Source: Phallusia mammillata (lineage: Eukaryota). Taken from it: a stretch of DNA of 64,000 nt. The translations under genes and the position numbers were made by a program. The stretch is taken from NCBI GenBank assembly GCA_965637545.1, contig OZ281496.1, positions 17,732,001 through 17,796,000 on the forward strand. The letters are read 5' to 3'. The notes under the pieces are model-generated. The model ran no database searches, was not told the DNA's origin, and worked only from the letters and a program-made list of their open reading frames with translations. This document shows positions 23,375 to 36,061 of the stretch, piece after piece. Position 1 is the stretch's first letter; every line of letters begins with the position of its first letter.

Positions 23375-23863
23375 CAGTGCTCTTCAACCGGTGCGCACGG
23401 TGCACCCTAGGGTGCACCAAAATATGCATAGGGTGCACCAGTACGAAGGGGTATACAAGGGTGCATCACAAACTTTTAATGAACCATTGATATTTGACTG
23501 TCAGGATATTAGAAAAAAGATGTAGGTTTCAAATGATGCGAGCCAAGGTAAACTTTTATAATGTTTTATCCCCGTGTCCAAGTTTGATAGTGTCTGCGTT
23601 ACAGTCGGGTTATATTAGGACATCGAGTTTAAGCTTTTTCTCCTGTGTTTTACAGAAAATTCGCGAACATATGCTTGGAGTATTGGTAGCAATTCAAGCA
23701 ATTTTTGCGAGCTCTGCTCGGTTTGATTGACATAATGATATGAGTTCGTCACAACAACTTTAAGGGTTCAACAAGCCAAAAAAGAGTTTGATTGACATAA
23801 TGATATGAGTTCGTCACAACAACTTTAAGGGTTCAACAAGCCAAAAAAGATTAAAGAGCACTG
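23375..23863. mobile_element. hAT MITE (489 bp) inserted in the Penelope 3' pLTR
   Basis: TIR CAGTGCTCTT(C/T)AA; perfect 8-bp TSD GTCTAAGC; internal ~65-bp tandem duplication at ~23720-23850. Confidence 0.93.
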
Positions 23864-24084
23864 GTCTAAGCTACACGAAAGGCACACACTGCAACAAGCG
23901 ATAAGGGAACAGTGCAACCTAATAAAAAAGGAGGAAAAGCGGAGAGTCGAGATAACCGTCTAGTCCAGGGGCAACGAAAAAACTCTGGAGTGGACACAAA
24001 CAAACAACCCAGTCCAAACGAAATATCAAATAAAATCGATAAAAACCAGTAAAAGAAATAAAAAAATAAAATAATAAAATGAAG

Positions 24085-26802
24085 TTATCGCACCCTGGAC
24101 AAAACCATTTTTTGAATATTAATAGCAGCTTGGGTAATTTTAAGCCACTTGGCTTCACAAGCGTCCAAGTCTTTAAAAGGCGGCTGTTCTAAAAACGTGA
24201 CACAAAAACACTCTGCAATATCGGGATAGGTGGCGAAGAGTTCAGGGTGTTTAACTTCGTAATGGCGCAACAGCGCTGCATTATCGTTACCTTCTTTAAT
24301 AACATGTTCTTTCCATACCGATCTATGGCGGTTCCATCGGGTGCTAAAACGGTTTTTTGTTTGGCCGATGTATTGTTCTTTACACATGCGGCAAGTGGCC
24401 GCATACACACTATAGTTTTTGCAGTCCAGCACTTGTTTTAATCTAATATATTTGCCGCGTGTGGCAAAATTACACTGCTCATACACCATCGCCTTATGTA
24501 CGCCATGGTTTCCACACAACGCGCACTTTTTGCATGGACGCGATTGGCCGGTGGCAATTTGCTTCATACGTCCATGTGCCAAACCTCTGTAGTTGGTAAG
24601 AACATTCCCGATGGTTAAAGCATTTTTGTAAACGATTTTAGCGAGCGGTTGTAGATTCCTTTCTTTCGTGGTTAACGTGAGAAGCCGTGGAAACGATGTA
24701 GCCCAAGCTATTCTATGTTGGTCTGTTTTTTCTTTAGGCGGCGCTAAACGCTGTACCCATTCTCTTGCTACTTCCAAACATTGCTCCGTGATTAATGCAG
24801 GAAAACCGGAACGGTGGCACTTCTCGCGAAGTCTTTCCAGGCTTAGCATGTAGTCGTCCTGCATTTGATTTAATCTTCTTAGCCTACATGCTTCACCCAA
24901 CACAATCCCACGAAAAATGTAACGAGGGTGATGCGACGTCCCATGCAAAAAACAGCGGTTCTTGGATGTTTCTTTGATATGGTCTTGGGTTATAAAATGC
25001 AGTTTGTCCGAACTCGAATAGCAGTGGGTTACATCCAAAAATTCCACGCGACCAGTCACATCCCTGTTCGAAAATTCCCTAAAGGTAAGTTGAAGTCCAA
25101 CTTTAAGGAATGCCTCATATAGCGCTTTTTTGATGGCAGTTGTGGTACTTTGGCCAAATGAAATCCATAAGATGTCATCTATGTACCGCTTAAAAATCTC
25201 CGCTTTCTTTAAAGTTGCAGTGGCTGTTTCGACAACATAGTGCAAAGCTATGTTTGCGAGCGACACTGAATGATTTTCGCCAGTGGCAACACCTTTCTGC
25301 TGCTTGAATGCGTTTTCTCCATACCTTATTATGGCATTATTGATAGTGAACAACACCATATCCACCAGACATTTACGGGCCATGGAAGAAAACCCGGAGT
25401 GACGTTTAAGGGCACAAGAGAGAGATTTGCGGATTAAATCCCTTGGTATGTTTGGATAAAGGCCCACAACATCAGCAGCCACGATAAAGAGTTCCAGTCC
25501 GTCTCCCCGTGACTGATCAATACGTGACTGCCAATTGATTAAACACTTAAGGTAATGTTGGGTATCTGAGCAGTATTCATTGATGTTACTTCTGCAATAT
25601 TCCAGACTTATAGGCTTAAGCAAATGTTCAAGAAGCGACGTGCAGCGAGAGAGGTAAGTACTGTCCGCCGCTTGGAGCAGTTTTACCGGAATCTCTAAAG
25701 CTGTTACCTTTGTAAGCACATCTGTTGTAAGTTTGTGAGTTTTAAACAGCGGGTAAACATACGATGGACTGTTATTGGCAAACTGCTTCGCAGTTGGGCC
25801 CGGAACCTTGTGAAACTGGTTGCCAGACTGTTTGATCCCGACTGTGGTGAAAAGTAGATCTTTAGATATGACAGACAACTTGAACAGTTTGATTGCGTAT
25901 TGTTCAAGAGCGGTCTTTATGGTCTTGACCATGACCTCCAGGCTGGGTTCATCTGTTGCAACCAATTCATAGCCAGCCATCTCTCGTTTCATTATCGCAT
26001 CGTAATCCTTAAACGAGACCAAAACAATTTTGCCATCTTTGTCAGAACGGCAAATAACCACTGATCTATTGCGGACAGCAGACTTTAAAACCTGCAAACT
26101 TTTCCTAAGTGGCGGTGCCAAGTTGTTGTGATATTTATATTCCGTGACAACCCTCGAGCTGAGGTTCCTGAGTTTAGATTCAGCTAATTCAACATAAGCC
26201 GTTGCTTCTTCACTCAAATTATCTCTGTTTGGCCTGGAATGTTTTGGAATTTTGAGTTTCTCTGGTATGTCCGTTATTTCCAAGTTTTGTTCGTCTTTAA
26301 AAATGTCGGCCCATTCGACACGCCTGATGTGCGATGCCATGTTCATCCACTCTTTTTCCTCTGTGCGGTTGTCCCAACAAGTTGCAGGCACAAAATTAAG
26401 GCCCCATATGAGAAGGGATTTTGCATTATGATCTAGTAAGAAATCAGACTTGTTTAAAATCGTGCCAGTCACTGCTTCAACGTGTTCATTATGATTTTTT
26501 ATAGCTTTCCGTTTCCGGTACCGACTTCTGTCGCTCTTGTTCTTGACTTTTTTCCTTGTGCAGGTGCTGTTTTTAATGTTGGTCCACTGCCGACGAATAA
26601 AACGATGTTTTTGAAACAGCCAAGCGAATTTTCTTTCATACCTTGCACGCAGTTTGGTTCTAAAAGTGTAAAATTCCCGGGTTCTTGGTAAAAACTTTCG
26701 TCCTATTTTCATGCTGTCGTTTGAAACCCCCCTTTTATCCTCATTTAATACTTGTTTTGCGATTTTTCGCTGCTGTTGTATAAGCAGCAAGTCAAAATCC
26801 AT
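24085..26802 (-). CDS. Penelope-like reverse transcriptase plus GIY-YIG endonuclease (905 aa, uninterrupted)
   Basis: RT motifs ADVVGLYPNI, QQKGVATG, KRYIDDILW, EFLDV; Cys-rich linker CKKCALC; endonuclease SVYAATCRMCKEQYIGQTK. Confidence 0.95.
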   Translation of the reverse strand: MDFDLLLIQQQRKIAKQVLNEDKRGVSNDSMKIGRKFLPRTREFYTFRTKLRARYERKFAWLFQKHRFIRRQWTNIKNSTCTRKKVKNKSDRSRYRKRKAIKNHNEHVEAVTGTILNKSDFLLDHNAKSLLIWGLNFVPATCWDNRTEEKEWMNMASHIRRVEWADIFKDEQNLEITDIPEKLKIPKHSRPNRDNLSEEATAYVELAESKLRNLSSRVVTEYKYHNNLAPPLRKSLQVLKSAVRNRSVVICRSDKDGKIVLVSFKDYDAIMKREMAGYELVATDEPSLEVMVKTIKTALEQYAIKLFKLSVISKDLLFTTVGIKQSGNQFHKVPGPTAKQFANNSPSYVYPLFKTHKLTTDVLTKVTALEIPVKLLQAADSTYLSRCTSLLEHLLKPISLEYCRSNINEYCSDTQHYLKCLINWQSRIDQSRGDGLELFIVAADVVGLYPNIPRDLIRKSLSCALKRHSGFSSMARKCLVDMVLFTINNAIIRYGENAFKQQKGVATGENHSVSLANIALHYVVETATATLKKAEIFKRYIDDILWISFGQSTTTAIKKALYEAFLKVGLQLTFREFSNRDVTGRVEFLDVTHCYSSSDKLHFITQDHIKETSKNRCFLHGTSHHPRYIFRGIVLGEACRLRRLNQMQDDYMLSLERLREKCHRSGFPALITEQCLEVAREWVQRLAPPKEKTDQHRIAWATSFPRLLTLTTKERNLQPLAKIVYKNALTIGNVLTNYRGLAHGRMKQIATGQSRPCKKCALCGNHGVHKAMVYEQCNFATRGKYIRLKQVLDCKNYSVYAATCRMCKEQYIGQTKNRFSTRWNRHRSVWKEHVIKEGNDNAALLRHYEVKHPELFATYPDIAECFCVTFLEQPPFKDLDACEAKWLKITQAAINIQKMVLSRVR

Positions 26803-27153
26803 TGCCTTCCTGATATTTTATTATTTTTTTATTTCTTTTACTGGTTTTTATCGATTTTATTTGATATTTCCTTTGGACTGGGTTGTTTGTTTGTGTCCAC
26901 TCCAGAGTTTTTTCGTTGCCCCTGGACTAGACGGTTATCTCGTCTCTCCGCTTTTCCTCCTTTTTTATCAGGTTGCACTGTTCCCTTATCGCTTGTTGCA
27001 GTGTGTGCCTTTCGTGTAGCTTAGACGCAGTTCTGTTGCAGATCTTGCATAGTTAGCAAGAGCTTGTAGCAGGTTGCCGTTTCTCTTTGGTGTGTTTAAT
27101 ATGTATTTAGTTCATTGCTTGGTTTGTCTTACTTTTACACCCCTTGTTTCACA

Positions 27154-27196
27154 GAACGACTGAAGATGCCCTTTTGGGGTGAAATATATATCGTTT
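27154..27196 (+). ncRNA. Minimal type I hammerhead ribozyme (inverted 5' pLTR, antisense to ORF)
   Basis: Identical motif to 23197-23239, on the opposite strand. Confidence 0.78.
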
Positions 27197-27747
27197 AACA
27201 ACTTTGTTGACTGATTTTGATTAGGAAGCACTGTTGCTTCGTCAATTATTCTTACATATAATTTAAAATATAATCAGTGATCGTCGACAAAAAAGATGCC
27301 CACTACTTGCGGGATAGATCCTGTACCAAACACTAAATGTCTGTTCATACAAGGTGGCGTTTTGTGGAGAACAATTTTTTTTATGATACATTTATTTCAT
27401 ACAGGTAAAACCCATATGTTTCGTCGACGTGGTTTGGCCAAAACATACTATACGCATTACCAGTAACAAGCGTTCGTTAATAAATCTGTGGATTGTAAGC
27501 TATGATGACTAACAACTAACTGCTGTCCAGCGCGCTACGATTTCAGCATCGCATGCATCGCTTCTTAGAACGAGACCTGTAGATCCGAGCACGCAACCTG
27601 CGCATTGAACGAACATAGTGATTATATTAAAACGTCCGCACTGGCCTACACAAGCTATCAGAGCGTGTTTTTTTATTTTATGCTATCTGCTTGAAAAATA
27701 ATGTTTTGGTGCCTTTTATAGCCCATTTTGGAAACTAACCTCTATAT

Positions 27748-28220
27748 CAGGGGTTCCCAACCTTTTTACGATCTCGTACCACTTGGACGCTCTGTACTAC
27801 CACGCCTACCATTTCTTGCACAACTAATTTGATCGAATCGTATTTTATTCAGAAGAATATTATTGGCCTACTAAAATAACACTAAAGCACCACAACTAAA
27901 TTTAATGAGATCTTGCATTTTCGCTGCTTGACATAATTTACGCCCACTGTGCCACAGCGCTGTACGGACTTTCAACGCAACTGCTGCTTCTTGTTGACAA
28001 TTGACATGACCTGTACTTTGAAGATCGTAATGATACGAAACAGCAGAAGTAGTTACGTAACAATAAGAATGAGATTTTTTTGCAAACAAAACCATATAGA
28101 CAAAATGTAACGTTGTGTATCGAGTTTTTGGTTGAAAAAAAAAACGAAGCTTCTCGCGTACCACCTGAAAAACCGTCGCGCACCACTAGTGGTACGCGTA
28201 CCACAAGTTGGGAACCCCTG
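27748..28220. mobile_element. hAT MITE (473 bp)
   Basis: TIR CAGGGGTTCCCAAC; perfect TSD CTCTATAT. Confidence 0.93.
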
Positions 28221-28531
28221 CTCTATATAGATCCATACAGGCCTTACTTGTTCATAAAAAGATCATGAAAATAATAAACTCGGTAATTGACATTAATGTA
28301 TTTTATCTTTAAAGCAAAAATACAAAATGTTAAATTACCGATTTGAGCTCCCTGGTTAGACGGACTAAAGGTATCTGGGCAATATCAGTTGACGATGGAC
28401 TAATTTATACGTCAAGGGCAGGGAGCAGCTTGTTTTGCACGCGTAGACTATGATATGGTGCTGTAACTAATGGGGATTTCTCACAGAGCTTCTATTTTCA
28501 CACTTTATTAAGGCGTAATTACTAGTGCTAC

Positions 28532-28868
28532 TGTTACCGTATTACGTTGAGCCCGAGCCTTGCAATAATGCCTCACCACTAAATTTAGATTTTTTTAAGT
28601 AAAAATGCTGGGACGAATCGAGCCGGACGCGCACAGTCGATACCCGGTATATCCAAGACACTGATAAATCCGGGACACTCTCTTGTGCTCTTGCGCGATG
28701 GAACGAAACTGCGGCCTTCAGGTCGCAATAAATCCAAGTCGGCCAACTAACTTTCCTGTTCGGGGAGTCAAGTGTCGCCAACCGAGCATGCAATAAAAGG
28801 GTTTGGTTGCTTTTATTACTCGTCTATCTTACTGGTCTTCTAAAGACAGATAACTAGCTAAAGTTACA
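28532..28868 (+). mobile_element. Probable solo LTR (337 bp)
   Basis: TGTTAC...GTTACA ends, AATAAA at 28792, 5-bp flanks GCTAC/TCTAC, GC-richer than its surroundings. Confidence 0.5.
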
Positions 28869-29204
28869 TCTACATCCAGTAATTTAGATGGTTGAGGGTC
28901 ATCGAATGTTTTTGGTAAGTCCGAGTACGAAATAGCATTTTCCACAACGCTCGTCATTGGTACAACAGTGATACAGATCAGTTAATTTGTTATTCAAATA
29001 GAATGTAATTAACATTAACATCAATTAACAAAATTATTACAAAGAAGCCGGTGAACCTGTATTGGATCTCCAAACTAAAATCAAACTTGAAATTAAATCT
29101 AATCAATGTAAGCGCCAAAGCTAGTGCCCAAACAATAAAGGCATATTTCCCGATTATTTAACAGACGAAATATGAGTCGCTAGGGATTCCGCGGGAAATT
29201 CACT

Positions 29205-29899
29205 TGTCACAACCCCGCAGAATGACCGTGCGCGTACCCCATCGGCTATCTGCTCGCGTGCTACACTCGGTCCTTTCATTTTTAAGTCCTATTTCTGGTT
29301 GTATGTTTATTTTATACTTTTATCTTGGTTTGTAAATTTATCTTGGTTTATGCATTTATCTCAACCAAGGACATACTTCAAGTTAAATTCAAACACTTTA
29401 TTTTTTCATCCTAATCCTAATCTAAACTGACGCAGGTTAGCCTTTTCTTTAGCTCATATTTATCCTAACGTTACAAAGTGCTCTTTCACCAAAATCTTGG
29501 TTCATATACGAATGTGTGAGGGTTTTTCCATCCGATGTGAGCTGTCATGTGGATAGTGATTGGTCAGGATGAACTCGGCGCAGTTTATGGAGCGTATTAC
29601 TCTGCTGACGGGGCAGCAGACAAGCGATGGCCGCTTGATGGTGTTGGAGTTCTGGCTTCGTCGGTGGCAGGAAAACTGCCCGGGTTTAAACCCCTGTGTT
29701 TAAAAGAGTTGTTAGACATTGTTAGAAAACTGCCCGGAGTTGGAACTCCTGTGTTTGGAGCGAAAACCCCGGCCCACTTACAACTCTGGACTGGCGTATG
29801 TTAGCCTAGTGCCTGTGAACTAGGCGATGTTTGTTTCAGTGTGTAATAAACCAGATTTTATTATTCTAGGAACCATATGCTTTGTTATTGCAGCATACA
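29205..29899 (+). mobile_element. Possible second solo LTR
   Basis: Starts TGTCACAACCCC, has AATAAA near 29845 and ends ..CATACA. No matching TSD found. Confidence 0.3.
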
Positions 29900-30289
29900 T
29901 TTAGTAATTCCAAATATTTTATCCACTTGATTTGAATGATTCATAAACATTTTTACCAGTTAAACGTTTTTAAACTTACATAACTCTAGTTTGTTGCTTT
30001 GCCATTATTCCAAGTTTTTTTGGAAATATGTTGTGAACAACAATTAATGTGAAGCAACAGAATAATATTCAGTATGCGATTAAATGGAACTTTTGATTCA
30101 CCTAATTCTAAGTAACCAGGATCATCTATTTGAGTATGTACATAATTTTAAATGTGAAAATGTTTAGTTTACTGTTTTTTAATAAATTTTTATTGTAGTT
30201 CAGGACTAATGTTCTGTGGGTTCGTGTGGGTTGTTGAAACATCCATTGACAAAAAAGTTTCTGCAATGCAGATATATGTTGTGCATAAT

Positions 30290-33200
30290 ATCGCTAAAAA
30301 CATTTAGTAATTGCAAGCGATCAACTCAGACTATAAAGCATAGAAAAGAATTTCTTAGATTGCAAATGTAATCATGGGTACATTTTTTAGAATGATATAA
30401 CCAATTCTGCATCAGCTTTGGAACCCACTACTAAATCAGATCTGCGATCAGTAGTTATCCGTAGAGGATGAGAATTACTTCACCAGCCATTTCTTTAGAT
30501 CTGCTAATTAGAACAGACACGCCCTGAACCCAATTCACTTGATCTACAGTTTTCAGCAAAAATGCTAGCCAGAGATTAAGAATTGATTGCACTATACCAC
30601 CAAGCAGAAAAAGTCTAACTTATCAATAAATATGAACAACAGAAAATGAAAACACGGCTGTAAATAGTGTTGCATACGGCAATGTATTGGGTGGTATATT
30701 AACAGCATTTAGCTACCAACACAGGGTCGTATACTTGCGCGCTCGGTAGCTACAGCTTGCCGGTGTAATACGCAACCGTTACATTATGGGATCCTAGCTG
30801 TTGCGAAATAATGCCTGTAGTTTGGGAATTAGGATTACCATATCTGCTTGAGGAAAATTCAGTACAGTTTTAATAAATATATTTGGCGACACCAAAGTTG
30901 TGTTACAATGCGTTATATAGCACGTTGTTATACTTTACCAACCCGAACAGTGCCATTTGTATTGTAAGCTTCCAAGACGCATCGTTTCGCATTATTGTAC
31001 GCGGTAGGGTGCATCGTGCATCAAATCACCACAGACAACGGATAGCGTAAGTCTTTATGTCCCTTATTAATATAATTGTGAAAATTGCTGTAGGCTAGGC
31101 TACAAAGACGCCACAATTCCGAACATTAAGAGTGTTTTTAAAAAATATTTCCGGACACAGATTTTATGTTCGCATTCCGGACATGTTCGGGAAATTCTCG
31201 ACGTCTGGTAACCCGTCAAGTCCTATCGACTAATCATGTTGTAATTCCAACATTCCAAAGGAAACTTTTATTTTGTTTAGAAAAAACAGTTTCACATTTG
31301 AATGAATGTTTTAGTATGGGGTCTTTCGTACTAGCAATGCGCTTGAAATATTAAAATAACTTCAGTTAAATAGCTTAGTTGTAAATTGGTATTTAAACGT
31401 TTCTGCTTCGTTCTACGGCTTCTTGAAGGTGGAGCTGGAAATCAAACAACCGACCTTACGATTACATTGCCGATGCACCACCCAACCGGGTCACCTTAGA
31501 CCAGCGGTTCCCAAACTGGGGTCCACGGTCCTTTAGGGGTCCGTGAGGCAATTTTGAGGGGACCGCGAGGCGATTGAAGTAATTCTAAAATCGACTGTCT
31601 CCATTGCTAAACAATGGCCTTTGTTGAATGACAACTATAATAAATGCAATTGTTCGCGCACAATCGTAATGTTTTTGTCCTGTTTGTGATGTCATATGCT
31701 GTCTTTGGATGATTATTATGCGCAATTTTGCACAACTGGCTATAATCCTGCAATCAATTTTTGTTTTTATGAAATACACATTTAGGCTTAAGGACCGCGA
31801 GCCCTCGAACTAATGGCAAGGGGACCGTTTAGAAAAAAATATGAAAAAGTTTAGGAACCACTGCCTTAGACCAAAGGTTGGCAACCTTTTTGCATGCGCG
31901 GGCCAAAATGTAGTGATATATTGTATTGGCGGGCCGCAGCGATGGTCATGCATTAACATAGCAGTGTAGGCAAAGTCAAACACACAATGATCTTGTCTTT
32001 GTACGCAACAAACCTATTCTTAGTAACAAACTAATAACTACCAACGTTTATGCTGACAAATGATGTTTGTTGTTGTAATATATGGAACTGTTAAATAAAG
32101 AATGCCCATAAAAACAGTTCATGTTATATACAACAAAGAGTTGTGCATTTTTTCAGAATGAAATACCCAATTCTGCATCAGCTTGGAACCAACTACTAAA
32201 TCCGATGAACGATTTGTTAATTCCCGTAAAGATGATAATTTCTCCAATAGTCATTTTTTTACTCTGGTTAGTTGATCTTGCAATGCTTTTGTATCAAAAA
32301 TTAATAGAGCTAATCGACTACAATCAACACCCACAATATTTGAGATCTCCAGAAATATAACAAAAAAGTAAGCTGGGCGATTTTAAGTGTTTAATTGTGA
32401 AATCATTCAGTGGCTTTAGGTGTTGCATATTGTACATCTGGTATAAAATGAACAGCATGCAGCTACCAACACAGGGTCGTATAACAATACGCGATGTGTG
32501 CGAGAAAATCGTTGCGCGCTCGGCAGCAATTAGATGCCGGTCAGCCAAGCTTGCAGCTTGCCAGTACGCAACCGTTACATTCTGTTTCTGAATGTTTCTA
32601 AATAATACCTATAGTTAAGTCTTATCGACCAAGCATGAATGAATTGCAACATTTTGAAAGAAAACCTTTATTTTTACCAATGCATATCCTTTTTATATTT
32701 ACATAAAAGAGCAGGTACTCGTAGTATTGAACGCAAAATTGAACCACCAAACTTACCATTGCAAGGCAGATGCTCTACCCACTGGATGATGACAGATTAA
32801 TGTGGGATTATAATTACCAACCTTACGATTGTAAAGTAGATGCATAAAACCACATACATAGCACATATAGTTTTGTTGTTGTTGCTTAGAATGTTTGTTG
32901 CATCTTGTACCGTCCCATATTGGTTTGATAATCTGAGGCATTTTGAATATGCTAGTAATACTGACTTACCGTTTTAATTTCAGTTTCACAGCCAGCGAAG
33001 TATGCAAAGAATGCAGCAACTGCACATGCAGCCAAAACGCTTGCAAGTGCGCCCGTTTAAGAAGCAGTAAGCAATTGTTTTGTTGTTATTATTTCAATAC
33101 AACACAAAAAGATCAATGGGGTAAGCCCAGGTAGGTGCAACCCCGTTTTGTTTATGGTTGCAGACTGCAACTTGCAGTCGCCACGCATTTGCATAAAGAG

Positions 33201-35470
33201 TTTTTCATTGGCCACTTTATTGAAAAGTACAAGTCCAGTATTAATTGACAATGCATTCAAAGGTAGCTTGGACGTATACAAAACGGCCACATAGCTTGTG
33301 TATATTAGACACGTTTCAACAAACCTATGTTCAACCTATTCGAAGGCTGTATGCGCGGTTCTACATATCTCGTTCCAAGAAGCGATGCATGCGATGCGGA
33401 AACCGTAGCGCGCTCGGCAGCAATTAGTTGTCAGCCATCAGAGCCTACGACCCACCGATATATTAACCAACGCTTGTTACTGGTGATGCATATAGTATCG
33501 TTTGGCTAAAACGCTTTGGCCACACATGTCGTTTTATTCATTACACGTATTTTACTACACAAAATAAATGCAAGTTTTCAAAAACAACCATATGTGTAAC
33601 TTATAGCCCAACGAAATGCCAAATCGTTGTCTCAACAAAACGCCAGGTTGGTTTAAAGTATTTTTGCGTATTTTACTGTTTATACGTCACAAACAACATG
33701 GTTTTATGAATGAGTTGCTCCTATACAACAAGCGCTAGATTCTTGTTATGTTATCCATTATTTGTAGTTTTTCAGGTTTAACCAAGTATTCGGTCTTGCA
33801 CAATCTGCTTTGAATTATTTGCTTTGGAAAAAATGCCCGAAATTTAGCAGATCAGCTCAACGCAATATCGACAGTCCTAAAGGTTACCTTTGTTTTTCTT
33901 TTTAATATTTAATAACTTGGTTAGGAACTTGAAAGAATATGAACTGCATAAAACATCTCCAACCTTACGATAGCAAGGCGGTTGCACTAACCACTGGGTC
34001 ATCTCAGAGGCTGAACCGAGATTGTATCACCAACCTTACGATTGTAAAGTAGATCCTACATAACTCATGTAGTTTATTTTGTTTTGCAAATTGGTTTGTT
34101 TTTGTTTCATTATTTTTATTCAATGCAATACGAAAGATTGGGGGAAAGGCCCGGGAGGTGCAACATCGTTTTGTATTTGGTTTAAGTCGGTACGCATTTG
34201 CGCCAGCATGGCTTTTTTTCTAGAAAAAAACTTGGAGAGAAACATAAACTATTAAACCCCGCCCACGTGCTGTTGTAAACATGCCTTACGTTGTTTTTGC
34301 ATTGATTAACTGTGCCCAATCACACAATCAACCTACGCACTGCTGCTGGCCTTCTTTTCTTGTCGCTAATTTGCCCTCCAGCTAGTTGTTCGATCGTGCG
34401 CACACAACGATTCGTTCAAAAATATCCTTGAAATTTCGTTTATTGTATAATTGTGTTGTTACTGCGTTTCTGCTTCTTCTTCTTTTACGTACTGAATTAC
34501 ATTGCAAACATCGTATTGTATTATTACTGTTTGTTTTTTTACCGTCCTACTGCATTACCTTGTAATTTTGCCCCAGCAATCACTTTTCCAGGTGACTGCT
34601 AACTGCTAATTGCCGATCTTCGTTTTTTTTATCGTTATTCCAAATAGACGATAATGGGTCAATGACTTGGCGGCCAATGATTGGCCTTTTGTTGACCTGT
34701 CACGTAGTTACTTGTTGTGCAATTTTCTTTGTTACTGTTACACGAAATCGTGACAAATAAACCATTGAATTGAATATTACCAGGCGGAATTTATGTCCGT
34801 TAATCCTGCTTTGAGAGGTCGGTTAGTAAACTCATTGGTCACTTTATTGAAAAGCACAAGTTAAATATTAACTGTAAGTCATCCGAATACAGAACACGGC
34901 GTTCAAAAGTAGTTTGAACCAATACGGAGCTTGTGAATATTATGTAGGTTTCCACGATCAATATGCTCGTCCTATGCGCTGGTTGTGTACGCGGCTCTAC
35001 AGGTCTCGTTCCAAGAAGCGATGCATGCGATGCGGAAATCGTAGCGCGTTTGGCAGCAATTAGTTGTCAGCCATCAAACCACAAATGTTAAAGTATCTTT
35101 AGTTGAAACACGTCGGCTAAATATACAGTTTTACGTGTATGAAATAAATGTTCATATATTTTAAAACCACCATATTTTCATTGCGCAACAAATTCGTTGT
35201 CTACAAAACGCCACATTGTGTAAAACATAATTTTACGTTTTTTTTATGTTTATGTGTTTTGTCGTGTTAATAACGAGTTGCCTCCAAACAAAAAACGTGT
35301 ACGATTTATTGAATGATTAGCAATTTTGTGCAGGAAACAGAAATGCCCCAAAAGCGACCAACCCACTCCAGTGGATATGTCTGTTGAACGTTACCAATTT
35401 ATCTCTAATAAAGACTAAAGAATCACCAGCCCTACCATTCCAAGTAAGTTGCACTAGTCATTGGGCCGTT
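30290..35470 (-). repeat. Degenerate tandem array of ~0.7-1.4-kb units with tRNA-like (SINE-head) segments
   Basis: Shared blocks recur in order, e.g. CCAATTCTGCATCAGCT at ~30401 and ~32167, and TCTCGTTCCAAGAAGCGATGCATGCGATGCGGAAA at ~33367 and ~35004. Heads such as CCAGTGGGTAGAGCATCTGCCTTGCAATGGTAAGTTTGGTGGTTCAA lie at ~32740-32787, with related copies at ~31455, 32820, 33960, 34030 and 35425. Confidence 0.6.
31502..31863. mobile_element. hAT MITE (362 bp)
   Basis: TIRs CAGCGGTTCCCAAAC / CAGTGGTTCCTAAAC; perfect TSD CCTTAGAC; same family as 44394-44814. Confidence 0.93.
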
Positions 35471-35688
35471 TATCACTTTATACAATTTTGAGGCCCGTTG
35501 AAGGCACTATCTGAATTGCCCAGTCTCCAAGCAGAGGCAGTCTGAATTACAAGCACATTTAACACATTTAAATAACGCAAAGTAGTCACTCTTGTCAACA
35601 TTCAATTCTCGGTAAAGGCAATCTGAAAAATTTTGGTCCGCTCGCAGTCGCTGTGGCGTCAACTGGAGAATGGATGATGCATAAACAA

Positions 35689-36061
35689 TGGCCAGTTCCG
35701 AATGGTCTGGCTCGCCTGACCCATATACAGACTTAAAAAACCCTGATCGGGATTCGTCCCCGGGAGGTTCCTGGGTTCAAACCCCGTGAAAAAATAATAA
35801 AAAATAAATAAATAAACAATGGTCAGTTGGGGCAGGAACTTGGCCGAATGGTCCGGCGCGCCTGACCCATATACAGACTTAAAAACCTTGATCGGGATTC
35901 GTCCCCGGGAGTGTCCTGGGTTCGAACTCCGTGAAAAAAAAAAAAAAAAAAACAATGATCAGAAACTTGACCGAATGATCTGGGGCGCTGATCCAGACTT
36001 AAAAAAACTGATCGGGATTTATTGTTGGGAGCTTGCTTGGTTCAAACTACGTAAGAAAAAA
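35689..36061 (+). mobile_element. Three tandem tRNA-derived SINE-like units (~130 bp each)
   Basis: A-box TGGCCGAATGG, B-box GGTTCGAACTC and an A-rich tail in each unit. The acceptor stem cannot pair, so these are not tRNA genes. Confidence 0.7.

Larger units (their letters stand above)
23137..27256 (-). mobile_element. Penelope-like retroelement with inverted pseudo-LTRs
   Basis: 23137-24080 (less the inserted MITE) and 26815-27256 are reverse complements, with about 8 substitutions in ~442 bp by my count. They flank an RT/GIY-YIG ORF. Confidence 0.93.

Noticed and set aside
23919-24158. Short ORFs in the Penelope pLTRs (also 26711-27024)
   Set aside because: Low-complexity T-rich translations of non-coding pLTR sequence; the frame leading into the main ATG is closed.
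35841-35935. Functional tRNA-Leu gene with intron
   Set aside because: A and B boxes are present, but the acceptor stem cannot form and a poly(A) tract follows directly.
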